NCBI GenBank assembly: GCA_024679065.1 | Contig: JAGIQG010000008.1 | Coordinates: 48,360,001 to 48,424,000 of the forward strand | DNA length: 64,000 nt | DNA from: Sphyrna mokarran | Lineage: Eukaryota | Reading direction: 5' to 3' | Part shown: piece after piece, positions 49,488-62,523 of the stretch | How positions within the stretch are numbered: position 1 is the stretch's first letter | How the letters are laid out: each line of letters opens with the position of its first letter | Notes under the pieces: generated by a model | What the model was told of the DNA's origin: nothing | Databases searched by the model: none | The model's input: the letters and a program-made list of their open reading frames with translations, nothing else | Translations under genes and position numbers: made by a program

Positions 49488-52440
49488 AAACATAGAAAAT
49501 AAGAGCAGAAGGAAATCACTGGGCTATTGAGCCTGCTCCATCATTCAATATCATCATGGCTAACCTCTATCTTAATGCCATAATATAGCGAAGGTTGCCG
49601 GAGAGAAGAAATCAACAATCGCAATTTCCATATTCATTGATTGACACTAGAGTTTAGAAATCTATTTCCTTTTTCAACTTATTCAATAAATTGACATTCA
49701 TAGCCTTCTGCGTAGAGAATTCCACATGCTCACTACTCTCAAAGTGAAGAAGTTTCTCCTCATCTTTGTCCTAAATGGCCTACTTTGCATGCTGAGACAG
49801 TGACCCCGAGCCAGAGGAAACAACATCCCTGTATCCAGAATGTCCAGTCCTGTCAGAATTTTGTATATTTCAATGAGATCCCCTCTCATTCTTCTAATTT
49901 TCAGTGAATGCAGTCAACCCAATCTCTCCTCATACAACAATCCTGCCATCCCAGGAATCAATCTGATGATTATTCGCTGCACTCCCTCTATGGCAAGTAC
50001 ATTCTTTCTTAGCTAAGTAGGCCAAAACTGCACACAGGTATGGTCTCCCCAAGGCCCTGTGCAGCTGCAGTAAGGTATCCTTACTCCTGTACTCCAGTCT
50101 TCTTCCATTAAGACCAACATACCATTTGCCTTTTTAATTGCATGTTGCACCTTCATGCTTTCTATCAGTGACAGTGTACAAGGGCACACAGGTCTCTTTT
50201 GTGCATCAACATTTCCCAATCTATCACCATTTAACTAATACTCTGCCATTCTGTTTTTCTAGCGAAATGAATAACTTCACAATTATTTACATTACACTGG
50301 ATCTGCCATGTATTTGCCACACACTCAACTTGTTTAAATCACCTTGAAGCCCCTTAATGTCTTTATCATTGCTCACATTCTCGCCAAATTTCATGTCATC
50401 AGCAAACTTGGAATATTATATGATGAATGCAGTGAAAATTACATTACATAGAATATAGAGCATAGGAAAATTCATTTAGCTGGACTGGTTCATGCTGGTG
50501 TGTTCGCTTTGCTCAGGGCCCCTCCCATCCTCTCCTCATCAAAATCATTAATATATATTGTTAATGTTTTTATAGCAAGGTGGTGGTAGGTAGGATGCAG
50601 ATTTGGGATTACTATCAAATTGGCCATGATTTTATTAAATGGCGAAGCAGACTCGAGGAGGTGCATGGCCGACTCCTGCTCCTTGTTTGTGTGCTGTAAG
50701 TTCGAATAGCTGGGGTCCAAGCTTGGTACACCCACTAGTCACAACCCACTGTTCATTTATTCCTACTCTCTGTTCTATGTCAGTTATCCAATTATCGATT
50801 AATGTCAATATATTACCTCAATCCCATGTGTTTAGTTTTTCACTCTAACTTTTTAGCTAGACTTTATCAAAAATTTCTGAAAATTCCCAAGGACCACATG
50901 AAAGGGCCAGACCCTACGGAATATCAAGATGGGAAGCTGAGTTAATGGGTTGCATAGGGATATGTCCGAGGTTGGGGAGGATCCTCAGTTGGAGCTAGTG
51001 AAGAGTGGAAAATGGTCACAATGTTAGTTCTGTCAGACCTTTATTTGTAAATGATTATTTTTCATTAGCAATAAACTCTTTTATACTTTGAGCTACATCG
51101 AATCGCCCTTGATTTATTATACCCTCAAACTCTATCTATCCTTTTATCCTCCTTTGTTGAATTCTAAATTGCATCTAATCCTCAGGTTTCCTACTTTTTC
51201 TAACAACTTTAAATCCTTTGCTTAGACTTAGGACCCTAGTTTCAGATGAGGCTATTTCAGTTTCATTGCAAATGAAAAATTCTATCATGATGTGGTCACT
51301 GTTTCCTAAAGGATTCCCACATCAAGATTATTAATTAAACTCTTCTCATTGTACGGTACTAAATTTAGAATAGTATGTTCCCTTATTGGTTTTTTGATTT
51401 ACTCGTCTATAAAAATATTCTGTACACATTCCTGGCATTTATCTTCCACAGTATTATTGCAAATCTGTTTTGACTAGTCTATATGTAGATTAAAATCACC
51501 CATAATTGCTGTATAATTTTCCTCCTTCATCACTGTGCAGCCATGTCTCCATAATCACAGTCATGTCATATCTGTTTACATCTACTTATTAACTTGTCTA
51601 CCTTATTGTGAATACTCTACGTATTCAGCTACAGCACCTTTAGACTTGTATTTTTACACTTTTTTTGTGCTCTGACCCTATTGCTGCTAGCTTTTGTTTC
51701 TTCTGTCTTCCACTTTTGCTTTCTATTGTTCTGTGTTTCATTTCTACCTTTGTATCCCTCCCTTGAGCCTTGTCGCTTAGGTTCCCATCCCCTGCCACTC
51801 TAATTTAAACTCTCCCCGACAGTGAATACCCTGATGAGGCTATTGGGTTGCAACCAGCTTGGACAGATTCTATTTTCCCCGAATCAGTCCCAATGCCTCA
51901 GAAATCTAAATCCCTCCTTCCTACACCATCCCTCCAGCTATGCTTTCATCTGATCCATTCTCCTAATCGTGCTCTCATTTACACTGGCATTAGGAATTAT
52001 CGTGAGATTACTACCTTTGAGGTCCTGCTTTTGAATTTGTTGTAGGATCTCAGCCCTCTTTTTACCTACATTGTTGGTACCAATATGGGCCACAATCTCT
52101 GACTGTCTGTCCTCACATTCAGAATGTCCTCCAGCCATGCAGCGACATCTTTATCCTTGGCTCCAGTGGAGCAACGTACCATATTAGTATCACATCTGCA
52201 GTCACAGAAATGTCAATCTGTTCACCTTATATTAGGTTCCCCCTATCTCTATTGCTCTCCCACTCTTTTGTATGCCCTCCCTGTGCAGCTGAGCCACTCA
52301 TAGTGCCGCGGACTTGGGTCTTGCTGCATTTTTCTGAGAAACCACCTCCCCAACAGTATCCAGAACAGAAATTTTGCTTAGAGAGGGAGATGGACCCAGG
52401 GGACTCCTGCACTATCTGCCTAGTGTTTCTGCTCTGTCTG
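49488..52440 (-). mobile_element. Old, internally deleted near-full-length CR1 (ORF1 esterase, EN and RT remnants)
   Basis: Tail at 49488; RGDLIEIYKIL; KFADD at ~50395-50410; EN motifs at ~51290-51510; ORF1 IVAHIGTNNVGKKR at ~52060-52100. Confidence 0.75.
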
Positions 52441-53439
52441 GTGGAGATGACCCTTAAAAATCTTCATGCATCTTCTCCAGTTTTTCTATATCTTTTTCTA
52501 TAAAACAGTGCTTTATTGAATTGCATTCCAGCAATGCCTGGGTGAAAGATCTTCCCTGCAGTTGCGTTTCCTGGGCTGGCCAGGCTGGGTGTGATATTTA
52601 TTGCATAGCAAAGGTCAGCATTAGCCAAGCGAGTGCTATAAATATTAGAAATTATATAAATGTCAGCTGTAATCGTTCTAAGTGAAGACTTCTGGGCACT
52701 GGTCCTGTGGCATGTGCATAGCGCTGCTGATGTGTGTGGCAGGTGCAGTAAGTGATGCCTGTTGTTTTCTGTTCAAACTAAGTAGATTGCCTATTGGTTT
52801 CTTGGAAAGCAAACGGGAAGAGAAATATGCCATTTGTTAGGATGCTGGCTGCAAGAGATTCCCCTCACTCTATCCCTTCTTCAGAAAATGCTTCCATGGC
52901 AATACAATGCAGCAAGATGTCTGAAACATGCCTGTGCAAACCTTGTGGAGGGGGGTTAGGTGGTTCTTCTTTATGAGAAAGCCTCTAATTCTCCATCACA
53001 CTTTGTACTCTGATGTGCAGTGGAGCCTCTTCAAAGATTGTCAAGTTCTTAGCTGACCACTGTTGCAGTATGACATTATAACTACATTTACATGAATAAT
53101 GAGATACTTTCCTAGAGTTTGGTGCTATCAATTACATGACTATCACTGAGAAGGATATTTAATAGATAACATAGTAAAACACAGCTCTCTGACTGGAGCT
53201 GCTCAGGCATTTACAACCTTACAGAGCAGCACATAATTGATGTATTCAGAGCGACCAGTTAGATACTAATGGGGAAGCTAAGCAGATGACAATGTCACAA
53301 AAGCAAACCTGGATGGCAATGACTATCATTACAACTTGTACTGGTCAAATTGCAAGAATAGCGATAGGACAGATGGTCAGACAACCAAACTGCTAGCAGG
53401 AGACGGACTAGAAATGTTAATATCAAACAGAGGTTATAT

Positions 53440-54090
53440 ATCTCAGATTCAACTTCCTCCAAACCCTCTCCCCCAATTCTCTAATCTCCACCCCCCCAAT
53501 CTCGTCCCTGCCAACCCTTCAATCCCTCCACCTCCAACCTCTCCAATTCCCCCTTCTCAACCCCTCCAATCTCCTCTCTCCCTACCCTCCAATTTACCCT
53601 TCCCCAATCCTCCAATCCTCCACCCCCAATCTTCCAATTCCCCTCCCCCTCCAATTTGCCCTCCCCTACAATCTCCCACTCTGATCTCTCCCCTCCAATC
53701 CCCCTCCTTAACTCTCCAAACCCCCTCCCCACCTCTCCAATCCCCCTTTTCCAACCCTCTAAATTCTTCTCCCCCATTCCTCCAAACCCTTCCCCCTCCA
53801 ATTTCCCCTCTCCCTCCAATTTCTTCTCTCCCCAACTCTTCCAATCCTCCCTCCCCAACCACTCCAACCCTCTCCCCAACCCTTCAATCTCCCTCCCCAC
53901 TTCTCCAATTCCCTCCTGCCCCAACCCCTCCAATCCCCTTCCCCCTCCAATTCCCCCCTCTTTCAACCCTTCAAATCTCCCCTCTCCAACTCTTCCAATC
54001 CACCTCCCCCACCCAACCCCTTCAATATTGCCCTCATAATTCCCAGATCTTCCCTCTGGACTTTCTGATCCCTCCTACCCTCCTCTGACC
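53440..54090. repeat. C-rich low-complexity repeat (CCCTCCAAT-like units)
   Basis: Strong pyrimidine strand bias; the Pro-rich and Gly-rich ORFs are artefacts of it. Confidence 0.9.
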
Positions 54091-54689
54091 TGCTCCCTGA
54101 TTGCACTCTGGTGATGAAGTCTTCCTGACCCAGCACAGCCACCCTCTCAACCTGTCTGGCAACAGAAACAGAGATGGGAAATGGTAATCAGCTTCTGTTG
54201 GTGAATTTGAAAGGAGCTGAGGGAAAGCTGAGTGTTTCCTGATCAAAGCAACCCACCTGATCCCTCCCCACCCCCACCTTCCAGTTAATATGAGGGCCAA
54301 AGGTCAAATTTTGAGAATATTGTTAAATACAATCTCAAATAATCCAAGTCAACATGAGGTTATATCTGTGAAGCCTGAGGAAAATGTTCTCATCCCATTC
54401 ATTTTACATGGCTGACTACAGCAAGGACTTTGCAAAGATAGAGATGTGAGATGTCCCTTGTTAAACAATTGCCATTCACCCCAGAAGGGCAATGTTGCTG
54501 GTTAGTTGGTTATGACTCACCCTCTGAGATGTGCTTCCTTTTTCTTTCTCTTCTGCCCAAATGTACAGGGTGAACTGCCATAAGAAAAGTGAGATACTAC
54601 CTGCAACATCAAAGCATGATTAGTTAGGAAAATGTACCCAACAGTCAAATGGCTCAGCCCTTCTAAAATCAGAGGGTGAGGGACTATTG

Positions 54690-55040
54690 CAAGGATAGAT
54701 TGGAGAAGCTGGGATTGTTCTCCTCAAAGAAGAGACACTTTGAGGAAGATCGGAGAGAAGGTTTCAAAATCTTGAAGGCTCTGGATAGAGCAAATAGAGA
54801 GCAACTGTTATCCATTGACAGAAGGGGCAAGAGAGCCAGAGGACACTGATTGGCATGGTGCCCCTGTGGTTAGCAATGCCGCCTCACAGTGCCAGGGGCC
54901 TGGGTTTGATTCCTGGCTTGGGCCACTGTCTGTGTGGAGTTTGCACATTTCCACCATGTGTGTCTGGGTTTCTCCAGGTATTCTGGTTTCCTCCCATAGC
55001 AAGAAGTCTCACAACACCAGGTTAAAGTCCAACAAATGTT
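54690..55040. mobile_element. CR1 fragment (+), V-SINE 5' half (+) and Penelope-like end (-)
   Basis: RLEKLGLFS; SINE head at ~54852; AAGAAGTCTCACAACACCAGGTTAAAGTCCAACA at 55001. Confidence 0.7.
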
Positions 55041-56796
55041 AATCATCCTAATTTCCTCATTTTATTGGCCCTAAGTTATCTTTTACTTTTGATATGTAAC
55101 TTGTGTTTTCTCCTGTGAAGACAGGCACAAAATATGTGTCCAATGTCTGTCATTTCATCATTCCCTATGATAATTTCTCCTGTCTTTGTTTCTAAGCATC
55201 CAATATTTATTTAGCTACTGTCTTCCTTTTAATGTACATATTTGAAGGCTCTTAAAATCTGTTTGTATACTTCTGGCTAGTTTACACTTATCATCTATTT
55301 TTTTTCCCTATTAATCAGCACTTTACCTTAAATGAGAGCTCCAGCATAACTTCATAAAGGGCAGAGCCTCTGCTAACTCCTTCCAAACCCAAGTCATAAA
55401 CACGGTGAGGCTGAGGGCAGGAAGTCTCAACATTAATCGTTCCCATTTTCCTGACCTCAGTCAAAGCTGGTGCAACTTTGGAAGCTAGTAGCTTTCATGA
55501 AATAAGATATACATGCCTCCAATTCTTTAAATGCTGCTTTAAACTGGTTCGGGCCATTACAAAGACACTGGCACTTGGTTTGAAATAGATCTTGAGGCCC
55601 AAATGCTATTCTCTGGGACTGGTGCGATCTACTAACAGCACGGGGAGGTTGGAGAATCACCCCCAATACATATTATTTTTCTTAAAAGCACCATGTAAGC
55701 GAAAGGTAAGTAAAATACATCATATATGTATTTCATTCATATAGGTTTTATTTGTAAAATAAATCAGCTTTTGGAGAGTCATATTGATGGAGTATTTTTT
55801 AAAAATATTTTTTAAAACTCTGCAATGCAAAAGGAAGCCATTCAGCCCATCGAGTCTGCACTGACTCAGCATTTTACCCAAGCCTCCACATCCTTCACTC
55901 CCCCATGCCTGCCTGATCTCTGTAATCCCTAATCCATCTAAATGGCACAATTTGAAACTCTAAGGGATAATTTAGCATAGCCAATCCACCTAATCTAAGC
56001 ATCCTTTTTCAACCTATCTACAAAACAGAAGTAAGTGTAGTTTCTTAAAGAGTCACATTACCACAGTAAGCATGTGATTTTACTGTACTGAGCAAAGATT
56101 ACGTGTTATCATCCTTGGGTTCTGCTTCATTTATTTGATAATAAGCAGAAAAACAAATAGACCCCATCGTAGATGAATTTAATGTCTCCTTCTAATTTTG
56201 ACCAATGATTTGAACCTAAGACAGTATTGAAAATAAAACTTAAAGATCTTGCGTGCTTGTCTTTGATTTCTGGAGTGAAATGGAAGGTGCATGGTCAGTG
56301 TAAGGTTGATGAATTTAGCCAAATATTCCCTTAATTGGTTCCTTGCAGGCACTTAACAAGGCAAACAGCATGTTTGCTACAACAAAACATTATTTTTCAG
56401 AAGTATCGGGAAGTTCGGTGCCAACAATTTGACTAGAAACTTATTGTTTGAATGAAGTTCTAATATTACACTTCAGCAGTACAAAAAGAATTCCTGTTTT
56501 CAGTATGAAAGACTGATTTCTAGGTCAAAATGCCTTGGTCACTCAAGTGAAAACACTGTAAACTTCTAAACTGAACAATTTTAATCCTTTGTTATCACCT
56601 CTTACTTAAAAGGCAAAGTCCAAATACAATTAACAATTACTGTTGCAGGAAATAATTCTCATGAATAGCCCTTCATTTTTATTTTTTTACCATTCTAGAC
56701 ACCATGCTCCGCTGACACTATAGATGCCAAGTCTGCTGGAGCCTTCTAGAACAGAAACACAAAGGAAGTGGAGTAATTTATAATTTAACAATATCA

Positions 56797-57707
56797 GGGC
56801 CCAGATTTTCACCACGACAGTAGCTTTTTCATTTTTGCAAATACAGTGGACAAGTCCCAAAATTCTAAGTTCCACTCCTGAACGTGGCACTCCCAATTTT
56901 TGTGGATCAGGATTGGAGTCAGGCATAAGTATTTTATGGAGGCATGTTTTGGCATTCTCATCACCAATTCCCTCCTCCATTGAAGGGGGATTTTGGTAGG
57001 CTAAGAATGCGAAACTCAAAGTGTGCAGATTGAAGATGTCAAGAGGCAGGCTGAACTTGGTGGATTCATTTGAATAGCCAGGGTACTTCTGTGGAGTGGT
57101 AAGGTAACCCTTAGGATACGATCCCTTTGGACAGAGTAATGCAGCCTTTGGCATAGGTAAGGCATCCTTTTGGAGATGTAAAGCAACTTTTGAGGTTGTT
57201 AAAATTAAATATGATTGTGTGTAAAAAGTACATAAACACATTGGAACTGGCAAAGTTGTCAACAAACTATCAAAGAATATTAGGTGAGGGCAATGGATGT
57301 GGGTTGTTTTGGTTGGCATGAATTCTTATTAAGTTGCATAGGAACTACAAAGGACCATGGGGATGAGGAGACATAAACAGTACAAGGAGCTATGGGTATG
57401 GGTAGAGGGACGTGATTTGGAACTGGGGCTATGACAGGCCACAGAGATCAATAGAGGGCATGAGTAGAGGGTGGGAAAGGCCATAGATGTTGAATGAGGA
57501 ACATGAAGTGACATAGATTGGCATAAATGGAACAAGGAGAATGTGTGGCTGGGTGAGAGTTGGAGATTTTTTATTTTAATCATTGTTTTATTAATTTCAA
57601 CAAAATGTCTCTGCATCCAGCAGCCTCAGCACTCATTCCATGGTTGGATGAGCAGCCAGGAATTCTCCTGTCGCTGCGCACCTAATCCAGGAGTGAACTC
57701 TGAGCCC
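56797..57707. mobile_element. Non-autonomous DNA transposon, probably Harbinger-like
   Basis: TIRs GGGCCCAGATTTTCAC / GTGAACTCTGAGCCC. Confidence 0.45.
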
Positions 57708-57967
57708 AAATATCAGGATTTAGTCAAGATTGTGAATGAGATGAATAGACTTTATTGAGTGCCTTTGCATTGTTTTACTGCAATGATAATTCTATACATC
57801 GTACAATAATAACTATCTCCTCTGCGTCAATCTGAACATTGCTGAAGATCAATTACTTTGATGTATTAACCTATTGCCAAATTATTTCATTGACTGGCTG
57901 GAGTAACTAACATCAACCAGAAACTGGCAATCAGATTGACCAGTTTATGCAGCCACATGACTGGTTT

Positions 57968-58940
57968 AACATAAGAACATAAGAACTAGAACAGGTGTAG
58001 ATCAAGTGGCCTCTTGAATCTATTCCTCCATTCAATAAAATCAAAGACAAAGCACCATGGGAAACAGGCCCTTCGGCCCAACGAGCCCGCGCTGCCACCT
58101 CGATGTTCCCATCTCTACCCGTGATTTCTGTCATCCCTGTCTATGTTTATAGATCTATGCATTAGACCCAAATTTGAGACAATTTAGGGAGAATTTGTTC
58201 TGCCAATCAGCCTAAGAGCACATCTTTGGGATGTGGGAGGAAACCGGAGCACCCGGAGAAAACCCACACAAGCACGGGGAGAATGCGCAAACTCCCACAG
58301 ACACAGGCCCAAATCCATGTGTCTGCACAGCACAGCGATAGTCACTGAGCTGTCGTGTTGCCCATCAGATGGTCCAGATCAAGCGTACGCCAACAACACG
58401 AAGCACTATGCTACTCTCAAAATCCAAGAGCAGCCCTATCATGATGCATTGCGTGTATGCCCCTTGTTAGACAAGGCGAACCGAAGTACCTGTAGGATAA
58501 AACAAATACATCAATGTCATTGACAATTTACACACTTCCCAGGGATCTTCCAAGGCTCATGATGCCTATTTTAAATCAGTTTTCTATATTCCTCCATTCC
58601 CATTCTCCATGGCTGATCTTTTCGTGGACTTAGCTCCACTTACCCGTCCATTCACCATAACCCTTCATTCTTTTACTGTACAAAAATTTATCTGTCCTTG
58701 CCTTAAAAAAATTCAATGAGGTAGCCTCAATGGCTTCGCTGGGCATGGAATTCCACAGATTCACAACCCTTTGGATGAAGAAGTTCGTCCTCAACTCAGT
58801 CCTAAATCTGCTCCCCATTATTTTGAGGCGATGTCTCCTAGTTTCAGTTTCACATGCCAGTGGAAACAACTTTCTGCTTCTATCTTATGTACTCCCTTCA
58901 TAATCCTTTATGGTTCTATAAGATCTCCCTTCATTCTTCC
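57968..58940 (-). mobile_element. CR1 3' fragment interrupted in its tail by the chimeric-UTR CR1
   Basis: (CATAAGAA)n tail; minus ORF 58630-58869 RFRTELRTNFFIQRVVNLWN; CCATTCAATAAAATCA|TGGCTGATC is split by the insert. Confidence 0.8.
58043..58606 (-). mobile_element. Third copy (mostly 3' UTR) of the chimeric-UTR CR1
   Basis: Reverse complement of ~21920-22480. Confidence 0.9.
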
Positions 58941-59174
58941 TTGAGGCCATGAACAACAATGAACCAAAGAGTTAGTGAGCAAAAGGAAGCTTCAAAATGG
59001 GAGCTGGTGCCCAGAGAAAATAATCAAAATTTATTTTAAAAAGCTATTGAAAGACACAGAAATTCATGTTTCTGAAAAGTTAAACTGGGATGACAAGTGG
59101 AAGAGAACTTATTAAAAAGATTTATGTTAAAAAAGTAAATCTTTTTAATTTTAATACATTAAAAAATGCCTCAC

Positions 59175-59671
59175 TACAGGAAGAATGTGGAAGCTATTGA
59201 GAGGGTGCAGAGGAGATTTACAAGGATGTTGCCTGGATTGTGAGGCATGCCTTATGAAGACAGGTTGAGGGAGCTAGATCTCTTCTCCCTGGAGAGACGT
59301 AAGTTGAGAGGTGACCTGATAGAGGCTAATAAAATGTTCAGAGGAATAGATAGGGTGGACTCTCAGAGACTATTTCCCAGAGCTGAAATGGTCGCTACGA
59401 GAGGACACAAGTTTAAGGTGCTGGGCAGCAAATACAGAGGAGATTTTAGGGGTAAGTTTTTCACACATAGAGTGGTGAGTGAATTAAATCAGCTGCCGTC
59501 GGTGGTGGTAAAGGCAAACTCGTTGGGGTCTTTTAAAAGACTTCTGGATGAGCACATGGGATTAAATGGGATTGGGAGTTACAGATAGTTCTATGGCCTA
59601 GTAGGTATGGGTATGTTCGACGCAACTTGTGGGCCTAAGGGCCTGTTTGTGCAGTAGTGTTCTTTGTTCTA
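59175..59671 (+). mobile_element. CR1 3' fragment, same family as 36201-39290
   Basis: ORF 59247-59588 MPYEDRLREL..GIGSYR followed by the short 3' UTR. Confidence 0.9.
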
Positions 59672-60002
59672 AAACATAATTAGTAAATATCTGCAGTTAT
59701 AATACTGTTGAGAGCTGCCTATTACTCTTATAAATCAGTATTGTGATACTTGAACCGCAATTTGAGTAGCTCCAACACACTGGGATTCTGGGAATCCAAT
59801 GGTCTAAATCTGCATGAATTCTGTTGGAGTTAATACTTGCATAAAAAATAGTGTACATAGCAATATGTGAGTCTGTTAAATTTTCAGATAAGAAATTTGC
59901 CCATAATAATTTCCAACCCTTTTATCTCTTCTCATTAGCACTGGTAACTTTACAGAAGTTTGGGTAACTCTGCTACCTTTATTGTAGGAAACAGAAGACT
60001 TT

Positions 60003-62079
60003 GGGGTCAGTTTTGATGGGCTTTGCTTGAAGATAATCACTTCAAAATGAAGCTGGTCACTGTCCTACCCGTTAACAGTGATAATGGCTAACTAATAAGC
60101 TTCAGCACCACCCATCTCTAATAAGTCCCTTTTAATATGGGAATTAGATCATGTGATATAAAGGGATCTTCAAATGCCATTTCTGGTGAGAACTGGCTGT
60201 GATCTGTAATCCTTTACAGGCAAGCAAGCTGAAGCGGAACACATAAGGTGAGTGTCAAAATGGAATGACCCTGGAGTCTGTGATGCGAATGCTTTTCCAG
60301 GCTCACAAGAAGTAGTCTGAGTAACTGCCACTTGGTGAATTTGACTGCTGCTACCCAAGCCTGATCCGGAGGCCTCAGCCCAGCAAACTGTACCAAAGAA
60401 CCTGTTTCATGCCCTTCAACTTGTGTATAAACTTTTATGAGACCGAGGCCTTGAAGTTGTGAAGGACGTTGGCAGAAAGGCCAATAGCATTCGCTGCTGA
60501 TGCCTTTTCTGTTGCCCTTGTTCTTCTAGCTTCGGGTGTTCACCATTCTGGAGTCTGCTGCTGAAGAACGCACGTGGATTAGCTGCAGTGCATCTTTCAC
60601 GTGGCACAGAGTTGCCATTGGGTTGGTGTTGAAGATGAGTAGCACGTAAGTGCCACCGGTCTCCCAGTTGCTCACAAATCATCTTTTCCTTTGTGCAGGA
60701 CAAGTCAATGTACAACAGCCAGCAGAGAAAGATAAGACGTCAGGGGGCCGTGCCCAAACCCTTCCCACCTCACACCATTTGAAGATCCGGCCTCCAAGCT
60801 GGCAGGGGAGGGTTGAGACTCTGAAAGTAGAGATGATGTGATCAGTCTCCCTCAGCCACCCAATGAGGAACCATTCTTAATGTCTTCACATAGAAACATT
60901 AGGACAAAACTTGGTGTAACGAGTGGCAATCACTCATTTTATCCACTTTTCATTACAAGTACAAACACAAAGAGGGTTAGGTCAGTGCCCAAACCCCAGT
61001 TTAACTCCAGCTTCAGTCTGCAGAGTGGTGAAGAAGGTGAGGACAAGGAAGATATTGCACCTGTTGAGGCATCACTGCAGCTGTGTCCTCCATTAGCCCA
61101 GAGACACACACCCCAGTGGGTGATAGAACTAGTTCAATCAAGTTTCACACTTGGGTGGTCACTGCATGGACAGGTGCCCACAGCTGGAGGAGGCAGCGAC
61201 AGCTAAGGTCACCAGCACTCAGAGGACTGCTGGGAAAGAGGCCATGCTAAGTTGAAGTCAAATGATAAGCTGCAGGAACCAGGTCTGGAAATGATGCTGG
61301 AGATTTAGTGGGAGGTAGGGAAACATCAGGCAGAGGGGTCGGACGCTCTCAACAGGGTGGTAAAGGAGTCCATCCATGTGTTGATTGATGAAGTGGTGCT
61401 GACATGTGTGCACAATAGTCTGCACAAGGAGAGTGGCAGAGCCATAGAGAACCTGGTCCAGCAGAACACACAGTTCTTGCCAGAGATGCACACAGACCTG
61501 CGCCCTATTGCTGTATCTGCGAGTGAGCTATTGTAGTGGCTAGTGAAAAAGGGATGGAGCCCCAATGAATCAGGGAAGAGGCCTCAATCCCCCAAAGAGA
61601 GGAGGAGAATCAAGCAGATACCTCTGGGTCTTCCACTCAGAACTCTACGAGAGTGACCAGCCCTTCTGAATCCCCATTATCTACGATCCCATCAGCTCCA
61701 GCGTCTGGGACTGCAGAAGTTGCACTTGCAGGAGAGCCAAGCCTTCATGATCCAGAGGACACCTGCCAAAGTCATCAAAGACAACAGGGAATAATGGTGA
61801 GTAGGCTGTGCCTCACCCTGCTGCAGGAAACAAGAATGAAGAAGTTCTGATTTCACTATGTTAGCACAAGAGTGCTCTCATTGTTCACTGTTGATGCACT
61901 GATTTTTGAGCTTCTACTGTGTTGTTCAGCCTGCCATGGATTCCACCTGTTTAAAAACTAATGTCATCTTTGCATGGATATAAAATGTACAACGTTGCCA
62001 CTCAAGGTTTGCAATACTGTGAGATACTTTGGAACAAACTTAGTGTCAAGAATAATCACTGACCCTCAAAACTACCCCC
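60003..62079 (+). mobile_element. Decayed PIF/Harbinger transposon with Myb/SANT-like gene remnant
   Basis: TIRs GGGGTCAGTTTTGA / TCAAAACTACCCCC. Broken frames give RTWISC and, after a TTTTCCTTTGTGCAG acceptor, KTSGG..LTPFED..A..LAG, which resembles Harbinger Myb/SANT (NAIF1-like) proteins. Confidence 0.6.
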
Positions 62080-62191
62080 AAAGGAACATGCAATTCTTCT
62101 TTTAATCATGAAAATACATCTCATAAAAACACTGTAGAATCAAAAAGGTACTTTTAACATCACAAAGAAAAATCATTTTTTTCTTCTTTAA

Positions 62192-62523
62192 AGAGGTGTA
62201 GTGGTATTGTCACCGGATTGGTAATCCATAGACCCAGAGTAATGCTTGGGGGACCCCGGTTCAAATCTCTCCACTGCAAATGGTTTGATTTTAATAAAAA
62301 ATCTGAAATTAAATAATGACCATGAAACCATTGTCAATTGTCGTAAGATTCCGTCTGGTTCACCAATGTTGTTGAGGAAAGGAAATCTGCCATCCTTACC
62401 TGGTCTGGTCTGCATGTAACTCTAGAGCCGCAGCAATTTGGTTGACTTTTAAATGCCCTCAGGAATGGGCAGTAAATGCTGGCCCAGCCAATGACACTCA
62501 TCTCCCATAATGAATAAAAAAAA
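62192..62523 (+). mobile_element. SINE family B, near complete
   Basis: GGTGTAGTGGTA A-box, GGTTCAAATC B-box, tail GGAATGGGCAGTAAATGCTGGCCCAGCC..GAATAAAAAAAA. Confidence 0.85.

Noticed and set aside
48479-49624. 43-bp inverted repeats as TIRs of a 1.1-kb DNA transposon
   Set aside because: There is no TSD, and the CR1 sequence is continuous across the right repeat.
53336-54088. 250-aa Pro/Ser-rich ORF (extensin/mucin-like)
   Set aside because: Low-complexity C-rich DNA that is open in several frames on both strands and lacks a true ATG start.
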